Assembly (NCBI GenBank): GCA_964016885.1 | Contig: OZ024741.1 | Location: 135,098,001-135,162,000, forward strand | Source of the DNA: Eledone cirrhosa | Lineage: Eukaryota | Reading direction: 5' to 3' | Length of the DNA stretch: 64,000 nucleotides | Shown: positions 13,965 through 31,100 of the stretch, piece after piece | Layout: each line of letters begins with the position of its first letter | Position numbering within the stretch: position 1 is the stretch's first letter | The notes under the pieces: model-generated | Seen by the model: only the letters and a program-made list of their open reading frames with translations | Told to the model about the DNA's origin: nothing | Database searches by the model: none | Program-made: the position numbers and the translations under genes

Positions 13965-16336
13965 AAAAAACTTAGAACTTTCCTCAAAGACTATTATAGT
14001 CTCACTATTACATTTGAAAACACCAGTAAAATAGTTAATTTCCTAGATATAACTTATCTACGGGTACCAACCTTACCATAAACCTAACCAAAACTTACAT
14101 TACATACACTCACAATCCAATCACCCTAGATCTATCCTTAAAAACCTAGCATATAATATCTCACTCAGAATTTCTAACCTTTCATCTAACCAGGATGTAT
14201 TCGATAAAAATGCGCCCTTTTATAACGAAGCTTTAGCTAGAAGCCGCCATAAAAACAAATTAGTCAATATACCTTGCACCAATAATACTTCAAACACACA
14301 ACCCAATATTACCAACAAACACCAAATGAAAAACACGCACCTAAATACCACTCACACTACACCCCAAAATACCAACCTAAAACTTAATTTCTCTACCTCT
14401 TCTCACATAAAATATAATAACTTTCAAAAACCATTCATCCTAATACTCCAATATACGTTAATAATATTACTAACAAAATTCCAAATAATCAGACTAAAAC
14501 ACCTAAATCAGTTAATCTAACTAAACCTATATATAATAAATTCACTAATACTAATTCTCTTAGTAAACATCCTGATACATCGTATAAATATAAAAAACAA
14601 CATCGAAACCGTTATAGACGAGTTACTTTGTATAATGCTCCATTTAATCTACAAATTAAAGATAATATCCCTAACATTTTTTTTACTATCCTAGAGAAAA
14701 ACTTCCCGCCAAACCATAAATACCATCAAATTTTAAATAGATCAACTGTAATATTTTCCTACTCCACTACCAAAAATATACAACAAAATATAAGTGCGTA
14801 CAATGCATATAAATGTAAAAAAACCCCACGAATATACCACCAACACATCAAACCAACCATAATACTAAAATAAACTGCAAGAAACCACCATATCCTTCAC
14901 ATATAACAAGTCGAGTAAATTCCACACCAAATTTGACTAACTCCCCTGATATAATATTCACGAATGGTTGTAACTGTAGAAACAAAAGAAATTGCCCATT
15001 GAAGGGAAATTGTCTTATTAAAAACATAGTATATAAATGTAAAATTAGCACTAAGGACTCAACTTATTCATATATAGGAGCTACGTCTAACTAATTTAAA
15101 GTAAGATTTAATGCCTACAAACATAGTTTTAAAAATGCCGCATTAGCTAATACAACATCCTTGGCTGAAATAATTAATAATTATAGAAAAAAGAATATCG
15201 ATTACAACCTGACCTGGAGTGTGCTCAAAAGGGCCACCCCTTATCAAAATAATGGATATGAGTGTAGATTACGCTTCCAGGAACTTTTTGAAATAATGAA
15301 ATCTAAGGATATCCTATTAAATAAGCGACAGGAATTAATTATATCTTGCAATCATAGAATTAGAAGAACTTTCAAATATTATAAACCTAATTAATATACA
15401 CCTTACACTTATATTTTACCTATTATTATAATTAGTTTTTTTAATTTAGTTAACCTATAATTAGTACTTTACTACAGAGAACTTCATAATTTATTTCCCT
15501 CTTACAGCTCTTACCCTCTTTTCCAAAAATTAATACCTAAAAGTATACATATAAATTAATTTAATTTCCTGTTATGAATCTAGATTCCTTGTAGTCTATA
15601 TAAGATTGGTATTTCTCACTACTACATTTATCCCAAAATTTTATTTTCCTTCGTTTTTAACAACATCTAATTCTTATTTATCACATCCATATGAATTAAT
15701 ATAAATTTATCCCTATAAGTATACCTAACAATTAATTTTATTTCTTGTTATAGATATAGATCTAATTTCCTTGGGTTTTAATAAGATTGGTATTTCTCAC
15801 TAACAACTTTACCCTAAAACTTTATTCTCCTTCGGCTTTAACATAAACTTTATTCTCCTTCGGCTTTAACATTAACATTATTCTTTAATAACATCAAATT
15901 TTCGTGTACCCTTCACCGGCTTGACCTCTTTTCATCCCCCAAAGTATTCTTTTCATTCAAAGTATTCTTTCCATTCAAAACTTAAGTTTGCATTCCTCTA
16001 CCCCTAAATTAAATTTCTACTACTACTATTCTATCAACTTGACCTCTTACTACTTTTGTATTGGTCAATTCAAAACCTGTTCCCAAACAGACCTATTATA
16101 TGAAATCTTTGTTGTTTTTTTCAATAAACAAATATCATTATTTCTGAAGACAGCATATATATGTGAAGGTATGTATATTTCCTCTGATAGTTTGTAAAAT
16201 TTTTTACATAAATTTTTACATAGATCTATATGATATACATACCAACACACATATATATATCCTAGAAACGATCGTAAAATGATGAATTTTTTAATATAAG
16301 GAACTTGTTCCTTGTTTTTATTTATTGTTTTTATTA

Positions 16337-16338
<2 letters not shown>
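13965..16338 (+). mobile_element. 5'-truncated PLE (RT thumb + GIY-YIG + long 3' region), disrupted
   Basis: VNFLDI, SNHPRS, YNAPFN..FPPNHKYHQILNR, CNCRNKRNCPLKGNCLIKNIVYKC..YIGATS, LLNKRQELIISCNHR. Flanked by (TA)n. Confidence 0.9.
16135..16285 (+). ncRNA. Type-I hammerhead ribozyme with canonical core and ~110-nt stem II
   Basis: tcattattt CTGAAGA cagcatatatatgtg...cacatatatatatccta GAAAC GATC GTA aaatgatga: 9-bp stem I, perfect palindromic stem III ACGATCGT, GUA cleavage triplet. Confidence 0.82.
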
Positions 16339-16407
<69 letters not shown>

Positions 16408-16869
16408 CATACATATACCTACACACAGACACACACACTTGCGTTGTTTAGGGAGGGAAAGTATGTGTTGGCGATGTTAATGATGTTAATGATTGTTGGA
16501 GTATGGAGATGCGCCTTGTGGTGGCGGCGGGGGTGGTGTTGTGAGCGACAAAAATTATACAGGATCGAATTATACGATGGGTTACAGATTAAAAAGTGAC
16601 ATAGGGAACACGGTGAAAACAAGGTTGTGAACATATATATATATATAATATAAAACGTCTGTACGTATTTGTGTGTACGTGTAGACATACGCGTATGCAT
16701 GTGTATGAGCATGTGTGTGTGCGTGTTGATGTATATAGGCATGTAAGTATGTGTCTATGTATGTACGTGCCTCTCTGGATGAATGTATGCGTATGTTTAT
16801 ATGTTTATATGTTCTCTTAATGTGTGGGTATAGCGGGAGTCTATGCGTCGACTGTCGGTATCTATGTGG

Positions 16870-16902
<33 letters not shown>

Positions 16903-16949
16903 TGTGTGTCTGGGTGCGCGCGTGGATGTGTGGACCACCAAAAACAGCA

Positions 16950-17262
16950 GTATTTCATTGAAGTGTGGCAGACATGGGACAGCGGAATGATACCTGTGGT
17001 CAGAATTTATGATGATGTAGACAACCAGCGGCCAATCACTGGACGCGCGAAGAGGATGAAGTTTTTGACAGTACTTGCCATAAGGTCAGATACTCCAGTG
17101 AGAGAATATACTCCGAAATCATTAGACGTGTCCGTCGAACTTGCGGGTCCAGAATCAGACAGATCCACACAATGATCGCGTCTCGAGCTGTCCGCCGGCG
17201 AAACAATTGTAACACACAATAAATTGAGTTAAGATGCATCACTGATTTTTCGTTTTATATTA
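16950..17262 (+). mobile_element. Non-coding hammerhead-bearing pLTR-like element
   Basis: Homologous to 7872-8180. Contains CCAAT, hammerhead and AATAAA (17218). Confidence 0.7.
17128..17215 (+). ncRNA. Hammerhead variant (CCGTCGA core, long stem II)
   Basis: gtgt CCGTCGA acttgcgggt...gtccgccggc GAAAC AATT GTA acac. Confidence 0.6.
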
Positions 17263-17416
17263 TATCATACTCTGCTCTGTAAGAGCATAGAGAGCTCAAC
17301 CGGCATACTGCCTATTGAAGCATCTTAGCTACCATCCGACACATATATAAGAGCGTGAAACTAATAAACCTTTGTTTGTACTGCCTTTGTTTGTACCTTT
17401 GTTTGTATTTTCTCTC

Positions 17417-17562
<146 letters not shown>

Positions 17563-17570
17563 CACACATA

Positions 17571-18005
<435 letters not shown>

Positions 18006-18010
18006 ATACC

Positions 18011-18059
<49 letters not shown>

Positions 18060-19179
18060 GTATGTGTATGTATATGTATCTAAAAATTTCATATTTGTTC
18101 GAAAGTGCGTAAAAAAAGATTTTGGAACCATTGAACTAAACCAACGCCAATGTATTTATTTTCAGTAGCAAAACGTTCTTTCGCCGTCCTCATCATAAAA
18201 TATCCAGTTAAAATTCCCATGAAATGAAATAAGTTTTCATATAAATCTTAGTACCGTTGAAGTTTTTAAATAACAAATAACTTTTCTCTGTACTGATTTA
18301 TATAAGAAAAATATAAACGAAAGTTGCTGGAAGTTAATTTAGGCAAAAGAGCATGTGGTTAAGAGTATATAAATGAAGATATTTTAAGGGGACATTGGAC
18401 TATTTGAACTATATTTAAGGTACAATATAAATATAACATATGGAAGTTTTAGTATTATATAGATTTACAGCCAACACCACCCACAACATATTTATTTAAG
18501 GCATCTTCGTTAATATGTCGACTACAACAGCTTTATTTTGGTAATTTTCTGCAAAATTGTTATATAACATTGTAATATGACCTCATATTTTCATTATGTG
18601 ACATCTAAAATATGGTCATATATTAAATACATTTCAATAATTCTTATGAAAACATTATTGAATTTTCATAAAATTTACTTTTGAATTATATTATTCGGAA
18701 ATATGTAAAAAACAAAATAAAGACATTTTCTTTCAATGCTTTAATACCAGAATAAAAAAAAATAATGCACAATGCACACACTTAAAAAAAAAAAAGATTG
18801 TTCATACCTGTAATTTAAACTAGAACGCATACCAGAAAAAAGGTAAAATATTCGGATCACTAGGAATTGGTAGTAGAAATAAAACTACTGAAATAACATT
18901 AAGAATTTCTGATGTAGTCGATCAATAAAAGAGAAAATGCTATAAACCATAAACCAGCTAAACAAGATTGAAGCAAGGAAGAAGCCAAAGAAAACACCAA
19001 CAAGCTTCAATAATTACAATCTAGAGATAATTGTCGTCTTCTTAAGTGGAGTACATTGCCAAGAAGTAAAAAAAAAAGTCTTCCAATAAATGTAGGGCAT
19101 AAAGGTTCATCGAAATGGAAAGAGTCATATCACATATGTGTAAGGTCATTCATATACCTGAGTTCCTTTGACAAGTCTA

Positions 19180-20477
<1,298 letters not shown>

Positions 20478-20699
20478 GGCGCGATGTTATAGCTATCTAT
20501 CTATCTAAAAAAACAGACTAAGAAAGAGAGAGAGATCGCTAACCGACGCCTAACACCCCTTTAACAACAGAAAATTTAAAAATAAAAGCTGCAGTTAATA
20601 TCTTTAGACTGCAAGGAATATATAAATGCAACTTTGAAGTCAATCGGAGTATAAATGTGGATTTGTATAGACTTTGCAAAAATTAGGACACACGCACAC

Positions 20700-20814
<115 letters not shown>

Positions 20815-20852
20815 AACGCCCACCCACCCACAATTTCAGTTTTATATATATG

Positions 20853-20906
<54 letters not shown>

Positions 20907-21944
20907 ATGTGTGGAACAGTGTTCAAATACAGGGTGATGTGTAACTTACTGGAGTCATCAATGAAGCAGCCGAGTATAAATATCGTACGCTATTAGTGTC
21001 GGTCCATACGATCGTTTCAAATTTGCACACTATATGATTAAATGATTTGTCTCAACATATATGGCGGACGTTTTACTTTCAATGCGAATATGTTGATACA
21101 AATACGCTAGTAAATAGTTACTGTGGCTCAATGTTGTGCATTCTACTCCCACTCTCCACAGCCCGTTTATAATCTTAGCAAAACAGCCAACTCACTCTGT
21201 TTTAAGCACTCGACCAAGGTTTCTCGTCTGAGCCTAACTCTTTTGCCTATCTCAGATAGCTTAAAAAGGAGCACAGCCACTGCCCACCTTCGTTTTAAAA
21301 ATAGTAGGCTTAATTGTTTTAAAATTATTGTATTATCTATATAGCGATGATTTTAAACAGTGAGAAAATAAACTGTTAGCAATAAACTATGGAGAATGTT
21401 TCCACCATCCACAAATATCGTAAAATAGAAGGCGTTTATCCTACAGACTAGTTTCAATTCCCAGTGTACGCAATTTCATTTCACTCATGTTGCTAAAGCA
21501 GTCAGGAAAAGCACATTATAAAATACTTTCTCTAGTCCAGCAATTCCTAGAGACCCAGGTCATATTCCTACCCTTGAAAGTGTATGTTCGTCAGTTTCTC
21601 CGCATTTTGAATTGTCATCTAGTAATATTTCACCCGAGCACCATATTAACATATGCAAGCTTTTCAAACCTCAATAGTTGTAGAGTGACAAATAGAATTG
21701 TAGAGTAGCAAATTGAAGTAGCAGTTTTAGTGAAATTTTAATTTGTGATCGTTATTATAGTTGGGTATTCTGGTATTTCATTTGATATATACACAGGGGT
21801 ATATTGGTATTTTATTTAGGGTATACTGGTACATCATTTGATATATACGCAATGGGATATATTGGTATTTCATTTGATATACACACATATATATATATAT
21901 TTATATATATACACACACATATATATACATACATATATATATAT

Positions 21945-23120
21945 TCATTAGTAAAGCAAAGCAAGACCACAAATTTCACAAGGAAGATATTATTAAAAGA
22001 TTGTCAACATATTTTAGTTTGATGTAAGGAATGTAGAGAATAATAATAATAATATTAATAATAATAATGTCCGTTTACAATTGTTTCGCTACTCCATATA
22101 ATATTTCTGAATCAGATGACTATATATCATAATTGATCTGGTTCAGTTGAAAATAATTAACATATTTAAAAGACAGAGCGGCTCATCGGAACTTCAAAGG
22201 AATATAAATTAAAATAATGAGAGAATGTTACATAATATAATGTTCCATATATTGGTTTTTACTATTGTTGTCAGCCATAATCCAGCAGTATTCATCTTTC
22301 GAGGCTGCATTGTGTGAGATCTGCCTATGGGTAACAAGATGGCTGCCAAAATGCATATTTACCTTACTAATTAGAGGGTGGTTTCAGGGGAAGTAACTCC
22401 TCGAGAGATTAGAAATTGTGGGTGTTTATAGTTAAGTGCTAATTTAAAAAAATTTTTAATTGAGAGACAATGTAGGGGAGGTAACTTATAATTATCCAAG
22501 TTGTTCATAGCAATTTAACTTATTAACTACAAGTAAAAATGGGGCTACATGACTAAGTTGGGTCAAATATTCTATTGGCGAAGGAATTGGCCATTCGATG
22601 TTGACAGCTAATAGTTACCTCCGTTCTATCGTTAATCGGTAGAGGTCGTGATAGAGTTATGTAATATGCTTCCGTAATACAGAGATCACAAGATTTTCTT
22701 CGTCCATTGAACGGTTGGGCCATAGCCACGATATCCCATTTTAGTGAGTGTTGAACGTTGTTTAATTTAAGGTTTTTAACGAGCCTAACTAGCGATGTCG
22801 AACATCTGTTGCTAGGGTATCGGAAGGAAAAAGAGTGCGCGTTATAGCGTACCTTAAAAAGGTTAGAGGTAGACCCAATATAAGAGCTGGTATTCGAAGC
22901 AGTTTTAACCGTGCACCTATAGACTATGTTGGGTGTCAGGCAGTGTTCATTTAATGGGCATGCATTGGAGTAACGGCAGTTGCAGTTGCTTCTGCGGTTA
23001 GTGAGAGTAGGGTAGTTTAACCTAAGCGGTAGGTCCGTGCTAGAAGGATTAGATGGGGGAGGTGTGCTACTAGAGTAATTATTGGTGTAGTGGCGTGGTG
23101 TATTTGATAGGGGTGGTGGT
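21945..23120 (-). mobile_element. 5'-truncated PLE (GIY-YIG domain + 3' region)
   Basis: ORF 22553-23152: CNCRYSNACPLNEHCLTPNIVYRC..YIGSTSNLFKVRYNAH...CDLCITE...CQHR. Confidence 0.9.
22073..22192 (-). ncRNA. Hammerhead variant (CCGATGA core, long stem II) in PLE 3' region
   Basis: gtt CCGATGA gccgctc...gagtagc GAAAC AATT GTA aac. Confidence 0.7.
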
Positions 23121-23175
23121 GGGTATACTGGTATTTCATTTGATATATACACATGGGCTGTATTGGTATTTCAAT

Positions 23176-23229
<54 letters not shown>

Positions 23230-23381
23230 ATATATATATATATATATATTTTGTTCACTCTGAGGAAAAAATTTCTTAATTACTTTATCATTGAGTGCTT
23301 TGTGACAGTCTTCGAAATTCAATCGGATACGAATCTGCTACTTGCAGATGCAACTTCGATTATACTTACTACCATTATATA

Positions 23382-23512
<131 letters not shown>

Positions 23513-23719
23513 ATTGAAATACCAATACAGCCCATGTGTATATATCAAATGAAATACCAGTATACCCAACTATAATAACGATCACAAATTATACATTCAC
23601 AAAAACTGCTACTTCAATTTGCTACTTTACAATTCCATTTTCCACTCTACAACTATTGAGCTGAGCTTTGAAAAGCTTGCATATGGTGCTCGGGTGAAAG
23701 ATTACTAGATGACAATTCA

Positions 23720-23807
<88 letters not shown>

Positions 23808-23899
23808 CAGATTAAATATTTGCTTTAGGGTTCTTATATATTTGATATATATTTATCCTTACCGAGCCCTTTGGATATTAGTCTTCAAATTTATTATTA

Positions 23900-23967
<68 letters not shown>

Positions 23968-23991
23968 TATATATATATGTATATATATATG

Positions 23992-24043
<52 letters not shown>

Positions 24044-24563
24044 TATATAATGGTAGTAAGTATAATCGAAGTTGCATCTGCAAGTAGCAGATTCGTATCC
24101 GATTGAATTTCGAAGACTGTCACAAAGCACTCAATGATAAAGTAATTAAGAAATTTTTTCCTCAGAGTGAACAAAATATATATATATATATATATACACA
24201 TATATATATATATATACAAACAGCGGACAACAGAGGTCACGTACCGTTCCTCTCTGACAGATAATTCCGCCCCCCAAGGAAACCCCCCAGTTGATGGATG
24301 CGAATCCGAAATATAGGGACAATTAAATCTCTCCCAAGGTAACTCTATCTCGTGTTGTTATTTTTATTTTTCACGCTCTTTCGTACGTTCCTCTACAACT
24401 ATACATCTTCTTCTACATTTCCTTACTTACGGATTCTGTTAACCCGGAGATTTAACCATCTGCATTGTTGAGGCCTCCAAAACGCCCCCCCCCCCCCCAA
24501 AAAAAAAATTTTTTTTAAAATTATTCCACAATGCTTCAAGAAAACTTCAATACTCTCTTATAC

Positions 24564-24639
<76 letters not shown>

Positions 24640-24689
24640 GTATAAATATTTATATATTTATATGTATGTATAAATATATATATGTATGT

Positions 24690-24731
24690 ATAAATATATT
24701 AAGTAAAATATTAATATATCCGACCATAATG

Positions 24732-24793
<62 letters not shown>

Positions 24794-24836
24794 CATTATG
24801 GTCGGATGTATTAATATTTTACTTAATATATTTATA
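24690..24836. repeat. Palindrome with ~50-bp arms around a (TA)n spacer
   Basis: attaagtaaaatattaatatatccgaccataatgaatatt (TA)n aatattcattatggtcggatgtattaatattttacttaat. Confidence 0.9.
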
Positions 24837-25568
24837 TATACAAAATATTCACTATAGTTGGATATATTGGTATTTTATCTAATATTAGTAGAGCAGCCCA
24901 TCGTGGCCGGGCATTGTTCACCATAGAATGCCTTTCTTTCAATTTTGTTCTTATTCCATGTCAGACCATGTCACTTCCGTGCCTCAACTCACGTTACTTG
25001 TTCCTCATGGCCCATCCTCATATATCGTCAATCATCCCTTAGATGGTTTCTATGGATCAACGCGAAATAAAATGTCTTGCTCAAGGATCCAACGCGCTGC
25101 CGGTAATTGAACTCACAACCTTACAATTGTGAGCCCAATACCCCAAAGCCATGTTGCGACGAAAGTTATTCACACATCAACAATACGAAATCGAAAAACC
25201 GACAGAAGAAAAGAACGTTTCGACGGATGATGGAAAAACCATGTGCCAGTGAGGTCCATTCATTAATCTGATTGACTATCTGTAATCTTTTCACTTCGCG
25301 CATTAATACATATTTTCAACGATAGAAATGACATAAACTTTTGTTTTTTCTTTTATTCTTTTCGGAATTAAGAAATTCCATGCAGCCACAAATATCCCTC
25401 GGACGCAAATTTCGAAAATCAAGACCCTTTTCCCCCAAGGCGCATCGTTTTGGAGACATTCGGCGACATACACGCATGCATACAAACATACATACATGCA
25501 TACATGCATACATTCCACACATACACACACCCACACACACACACACGCACACACACACACACACACAC

Positions 25569-25637
<69 letters not shown>

Positions 25638-25779
25638 CTTATATACACAAAAAAATTATTATTTCCTAGTTTGGATTCCTCCCCTGACTAGCTTTCTTCC
25701 CTAATACCTTCCCGTTTGAAAATCCCCACCTCAGACGTAAATATCTCGTATTTCTCTCTTCATGTATGTGTGTGTGTGT

Positions 25780-26310
25780 TGGATTTCCGTCGGTTTCGAC
25801 GAGTGTTCTTGACACGTGTACCACTCAACCCGGTTCTGAACGATATTTAGCGTAAGGCAGTGTGTAACAAGGCTGGCTCTTAGAATCACTGGTACAACTC
25901 ATTTTTTACCGGTTGAGTGGACTGAAGCCACGCGAAAAAAAGTGTTTTGCTCAATGACACAATGCTCTGCCGAATCAGGAATGGCATTCACAACCTTACG
26001 ATCGGGAACTAAAGTCTAAAGTCTGTCTCGAGCCCGGTTTCCGTAGCTTAAAGCGTCTGAGGGTACAAGATTCCCCACGGAAGAGGACGCAAGTCCATCG
26101 CAGGGTTAAACCTTCAGCTATTGTTGGTATTCACTTTCAGCTGAGTATACTGGAGCAACGTATTATGAAGTGTTTTGCTCAAGAACACAACACACAACTC
26201 AGTCTAGGAATCGAATCCCGACATTACGATCATAAGTCCATCACCATTACCACAAGGCCACGCGCCTTCACTACTTACGATCGGGAGCCTAACACCCTAA
26301 CTCCTAAGCC
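25780..26310 (-). mobile_element. SINE family 2 copy with a second SINE (26008-26273) nested inside it
   Basis: 13-bp TSD cttacgatcggga at 25995 and 26274. B-box complement ggaatcgaatc. Confidence 0.75.
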
Positions 26311-27317
26311 ACAAGATAAATAAGAAAGCACCAATGGCTAATCCTTTGGAATGTTATTTCCTAATATTGTTTGAAGCCTTTTTCATTGAATTCAATTATA
26401 AATCAGATTGTGCTAAGGTTTGATTGAACTGTTTACTTAAGGGGTTTCTCAGAGATGTCCTCCCACTACACCATACTTTTGTTTTCAAGGGTTTATTTAA
26501 TGTATCGATTTCAAATATGAGTGTTTCGTTTGCAGAAAGCTCCAATAAAATGTATTGAGTTGCTAGATAATTTTATAAGTGCTGATTAAGAATTATACCT
26601 TCTTAGACGTGCATTTTACATTATGCCATGTCATATATCCATCATTAATGGTGATTGCATTTGTTACACAAACAGGGACGGCGCTTCTATTAAGATCAAC
26701 TAGGCAGGGCGCATTACTGGATCATAAAATGTCAAAGTTTTATAAAATACGTATAATTAAATGAAATATATAATTTCCTGCGATTAACAAAATAATCGTA
26801 AATATCTCTGACGCATTGTAGTGTTGTAAATATCCAGAGCGATGGAGAGTCATATGTTGTTATGACCCGTCACATAATTTGGCATAGGTGAGTGTGAACT
26901 GTATAGTAGAACATTCAGATAATTATAAGCAGTGTCTTTCATTAGTAATATGGCAATGAAAAATTTTAAAGTATTTATATTTATAAAAAAAACAACAAAA
27001 CATTCATCATAATTTTATGTGATAACTTTTATTTTCCAAACACCATATAAATGTGAAGGCAGTTATTACTAAATCACTCCAAATTCTTGATTATTTTCAA
27101 AATTATTTGAAAATTATTGTCAGTTTTTCAGAAACATAGTAACGAAAGGAGTAAAGTGCTTATATTTATGTAAAGGAAACTTCCATCATTATATATGTAA
27201 GAACCTTTGTTATATTATGTTCCAAACACCAACCTAACAATGAAAAATTATATTAAATTTCTTCAAATTCGTGGTTATATACGCAGTGTCTGTCTTAAGA
27301 AATATGGTAATGGAAGA

Positions 27318-27650
27318 GGCGGTGAATTAGTAGAGTCGTTAGAACGCCGAATAGAATGCTTTGCGGTATTTGTTTAGTTCCCTGCTCTCTGAGTTCAAAT
27401 CATACCGAGGTCAACTTTGTCTTTCATTCATTCGAGTTTCATAAAAAAGTACCTGTCAAGTACTGGGATGACTCTTCCTCTCTATCTCTTTCTCACTTCC
27501 ATTTTCTCACTTTCTGTACTTCTCTGGAAGAAATTTGCTGTATTCAAACCTGGAGAGGAGATGGGTTTCGCCAGAATTTTAAATATTGCCTCAGGAACGC
27601 CGCATGTCAATACGGCGCCACTGCGATTCTCTCAGGAGTTATGGGACCAT
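27318..27650 (+). mobile_element. tRNA-type SINE family 1 (long form)
   Basis: ggcggtgaattagtagagtcgttagaacgccga...gagttcaaatc..gaggtcaactttg. The 3' part matches the reverse complement of 54690-54965. Confidence 0.75.
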
Positions 27651-27951
27651 ACGTGGTAATGGAAGTGTTACCAAAGGCATGGGTATCAAAGACTCTCCAT
27701 TAACACCTACTCGTGCCTACATAAGCAGAGAAAGTAAAAAAAGAAACATTTAAAATAGGATAGCTTGTCGGCAAGACAGACATGTGAGTTTCTCCATTAA
27801 AGGTAAGATCTAATCACTCACCTGTAAATATTGTATTAAGTGTACATGCTAATAGCGGTTGTGAATATTTAATTTCAGAGCCAATGTATGTCTCTGCTTG
27901 TGAATATGTGATTCCTTTGTCTCCCAGATAATTATGTAGTTGAATGTGAAC

Positions 27952-28105
27952 AAGCATAGCCATATGGTTAAAAAAGTCACTTCGCAATTACGTGGTTTCA
28001 GGTTCAATCCCAATGCATAGTATCCCGGGCAAGTGTTTTCTATTATAGAATCGGGATAACCAATGCATTATAAGAAAAAACTTGTTACACGAAAATTGAG
28101 TGAAA
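27952..28105 (+). mobile_element. tRNA-type SINE family 3
   Basis: tggttaaaaaagtcacttcgcaattacgtggtttcaggttcaatccc...gggcaagtgttttctattatag. Confidence 0.65.
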
Positions 28106-28157
28106 GCAAGCAAGCAAGCCAGCCAGCTGTGTCTGTCTATTTATCTATCTATCTATC

Positions 28158-31100
28158 TCGAAGAAGATAGACGTGTTTTTGTTTCGTTCCTGCATTTTGT
28201 CGGAATTTATTACGAGAAGCGGTAGGTTTGTTTAAGCTACTTGTTATTTGTTGTGTTTAATTCCTCGCCTGGGACTGCAGACGTTGGGTAAAATAAATTT
28301 CGCCCCTTTTTGGGGCGAAATTTGATAGTCATAAGTTATCGATAAAAAGTCGTTTAGTGACAATGGACGCCATTAACACGACCCATGCCACGCCCCCAAG
28401 GAAAGTGATAGAGAGAAGGTAGCAGCCCAACGCTGTAAGCCTTCACTCCTCACTCCCGCAAATTCAAAAGAAAAAATTGTGGAAATGAGTGAAAACCCCA
28501 AAAGTAACAATTACACAAACAAGAACAACAATGACAATAACAACACAACCACCAACAGCAACAATGACAATAACAACACAACCAACAACAGCAATAATAA
28601 CAACACCAACAAAGGAAAAATGCAAGCCAACACGAATAACAACAACAACAATGATAACAACACGAAAGAAAACGGACCTACAGCTGCAGTCTCCTTCGCA
28701 CAGGCGGTCCGAGAAACGCAGACATACAAGGCACTGGACATCTCTAATGCCAAGAAATTGCTGAAAGAAGCAAAGAATTGTGTAAGTTTCGGGAAGAAAT
28801 TAGAAGGGACAGAATCCTCAGGACTGTAATTTTTAGGACAGTTTCGAACGCGACTAGGAAACCGGCTCAATTGTCCCAAAGCGAAATTGAGCTGGTCTTA
28901 AGTAGTGCCTAGAAGGATATCGCTTTCATACAGAAAGGGAAACTGTATGGAAGCATATCTGTTTTAATGCAAGATGAATTGGTGGCACGGAAATATTCTG
29001 TATCGCCAATTGTATCCAAAGCATACACCTTTTACCCCCACATATTTGGGGAAAAGAACTCAAAAGATAAGAATCTCGGGCATCAGGTCAAATGTGAGCA
29101 TTTGGTAGGTGCTAACGGGTTTCTTAGAAGATGAGGACACAATCCTTTCGATAGGCGAATCCACCGGGGGCGTATTCGGCGGCAATAGCCTTGAAGTTCT
29201 GGTCCAAATGAGACCAGAACGGATAGCAAGAATACCGCAGCGTGTGTCCCTGGATGAAGTCGCCTTCATAAACATTTCTGTTGAGGGCAGGCGGCCTTCA
29301 TGCTACCACTGTTCAAGAAGTGGTCACCTGAGAGCTTCCTGTCCCCTTCTAAATGCCTCCCAAGACGCTTCTGCCCACCCACACACAACAACACAACCAC
29401 CACCACCACCACCACAACAACCACAACAACACAAGACATTGTCCCACCCAACCCCTCCCCACCTAAAACAAATACAAAAGAAACCACAACAAAACCCCCA
29501 AATATACCCCTCCCCAACAACACGGACGAGGACCCCTTATCAACGTCACCCAGTGACGGCGAGGGAGAACCCTTTCAACCGGTAAAAAGAAAGAAAAGAA
29601 GGCACCACATCAACAAAAATACAACAAACACACAGCCACCAGCACAAACAGAACAAAAATCACAAACAAAAAAACCCACCCCTCCCGAAAACATAACACA
29701 TACTACAAAACGCAAACACACACAAGAACAACAAACAAAAACAAACACAACAAAAACAGTATACATACATCAACACAAACAACAAAACACTTGTGCTAAC
29801 AATAGACAAAGACCCTTCGGTGGAAACCGAAGGGAAAATGTTCACCAACGCGGCGACTAAACCGCATTTAAAAATGATTAGGGTCCCAAGGGACACCTAC
29901 GCAATGCTCAAACAGAATTTTCCCGAGGACGTGGTGAACCCCTGTACTAGACCTAGCAACCACGTCCTCTTGAAATGTTTCAACACCACCACCCCAGACA
30001 CCCCTCCCCCACCAAACACCCCCACCCTACCACACACTGATATCCCCACCACATCCCAAACCACCACCCCACCAAACAACCCCGCCGACATCCCAATGGA
30101 AATTGTGCAGCCTGGTCCCCAGGAGAAGGACAGGTAGGTGTCTTTTCCTTTTTCTCCACTCCAAACTCTTCACCACCAAAATGGCTGTTATAAGAGTTGG
30201 ATGTTTAAATGTGCGCGGCCTGGGGATGTCCTGGAAGCAGGGCAAACTCTTAAATGACCTCAGGTTGCACAGAATGGATGTGATAGCTATTTGCGAGTCC
30301 AGGATCAGCAGCGAGCACCAACTGGCCCCCATCTTCGACGACTTTGCGATCTATGCATCTCTGTCAGCCGGAGGGTGGGGGCGGGATGGTCGTTCTGCTG
30401 CGAAACACCGGGGCCTCGCAACACGGAGGGTACACCTGGACCCGGAGGGCCAACTGGTGGTTCTAGACGTCGGCAGTAGTGAAGGTGGAACCTTCAGGCT
30501 GGTGGCAGCGTATGCCCCATCTGGGACACCGCGACCGGACTTCTTCCAGCGCCTAGAGACCTTTCTGGGAACGTCTCGCTCCTTTCTTTTAGTGGGGGAC
30601 TGGAATAGTATCCTGGATGCACGTTGGACTATGTAGGGGCATGTCCCGATAGAGGAGGGTGTAACAGCCTCAAACGATTAATCGGCCGATTTGATCTGGC
30701 CGATAGATATCGACTAGATTTTCCGACTGTGCCACTGTGGACGTGGACTAATCTTAGCGGAACATCTAGGTCGTACCTAGATAGGTTCCTAGTTAGAAAT
30801 AAGGATAGGGACATATTAAGCTGTCCACGAATGTTCATGGTTAACTATTCGGATCACAAGTTGGTGACCGGAGTGGTCAATCTTGATAGAACCCATAGAC
30901 AAGGACCGGTTACTGGAAGCTAAACTTGTCCTTACCGACAAACAAAGCTTACAGTAAGCGGATTAGCACTCTAGTTAAGCATCGGTTGACGGGGGCAATT
31001 GTCAACAGCAGGTGGCGGGGCTCTCTCACGAGAATAATTAGAGTAGAGTCGATAGGTTCTAATCAGGAATTAGCATCAGATAGGAATAGAATTGAAAGGG

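Noticed and set aside
24245-24322. CTGACAGA...CCGAAATATAG possible atypical hammerhead
   Set aside because: The core has an extra base and the stems are weak, so it cannot be supported by eye.
28500-28660. Asn-rich low-complexity host protein
   Set aside because: It is the (AAC)n-rich N-terminal part of Tx1 copy 1 ORF1.
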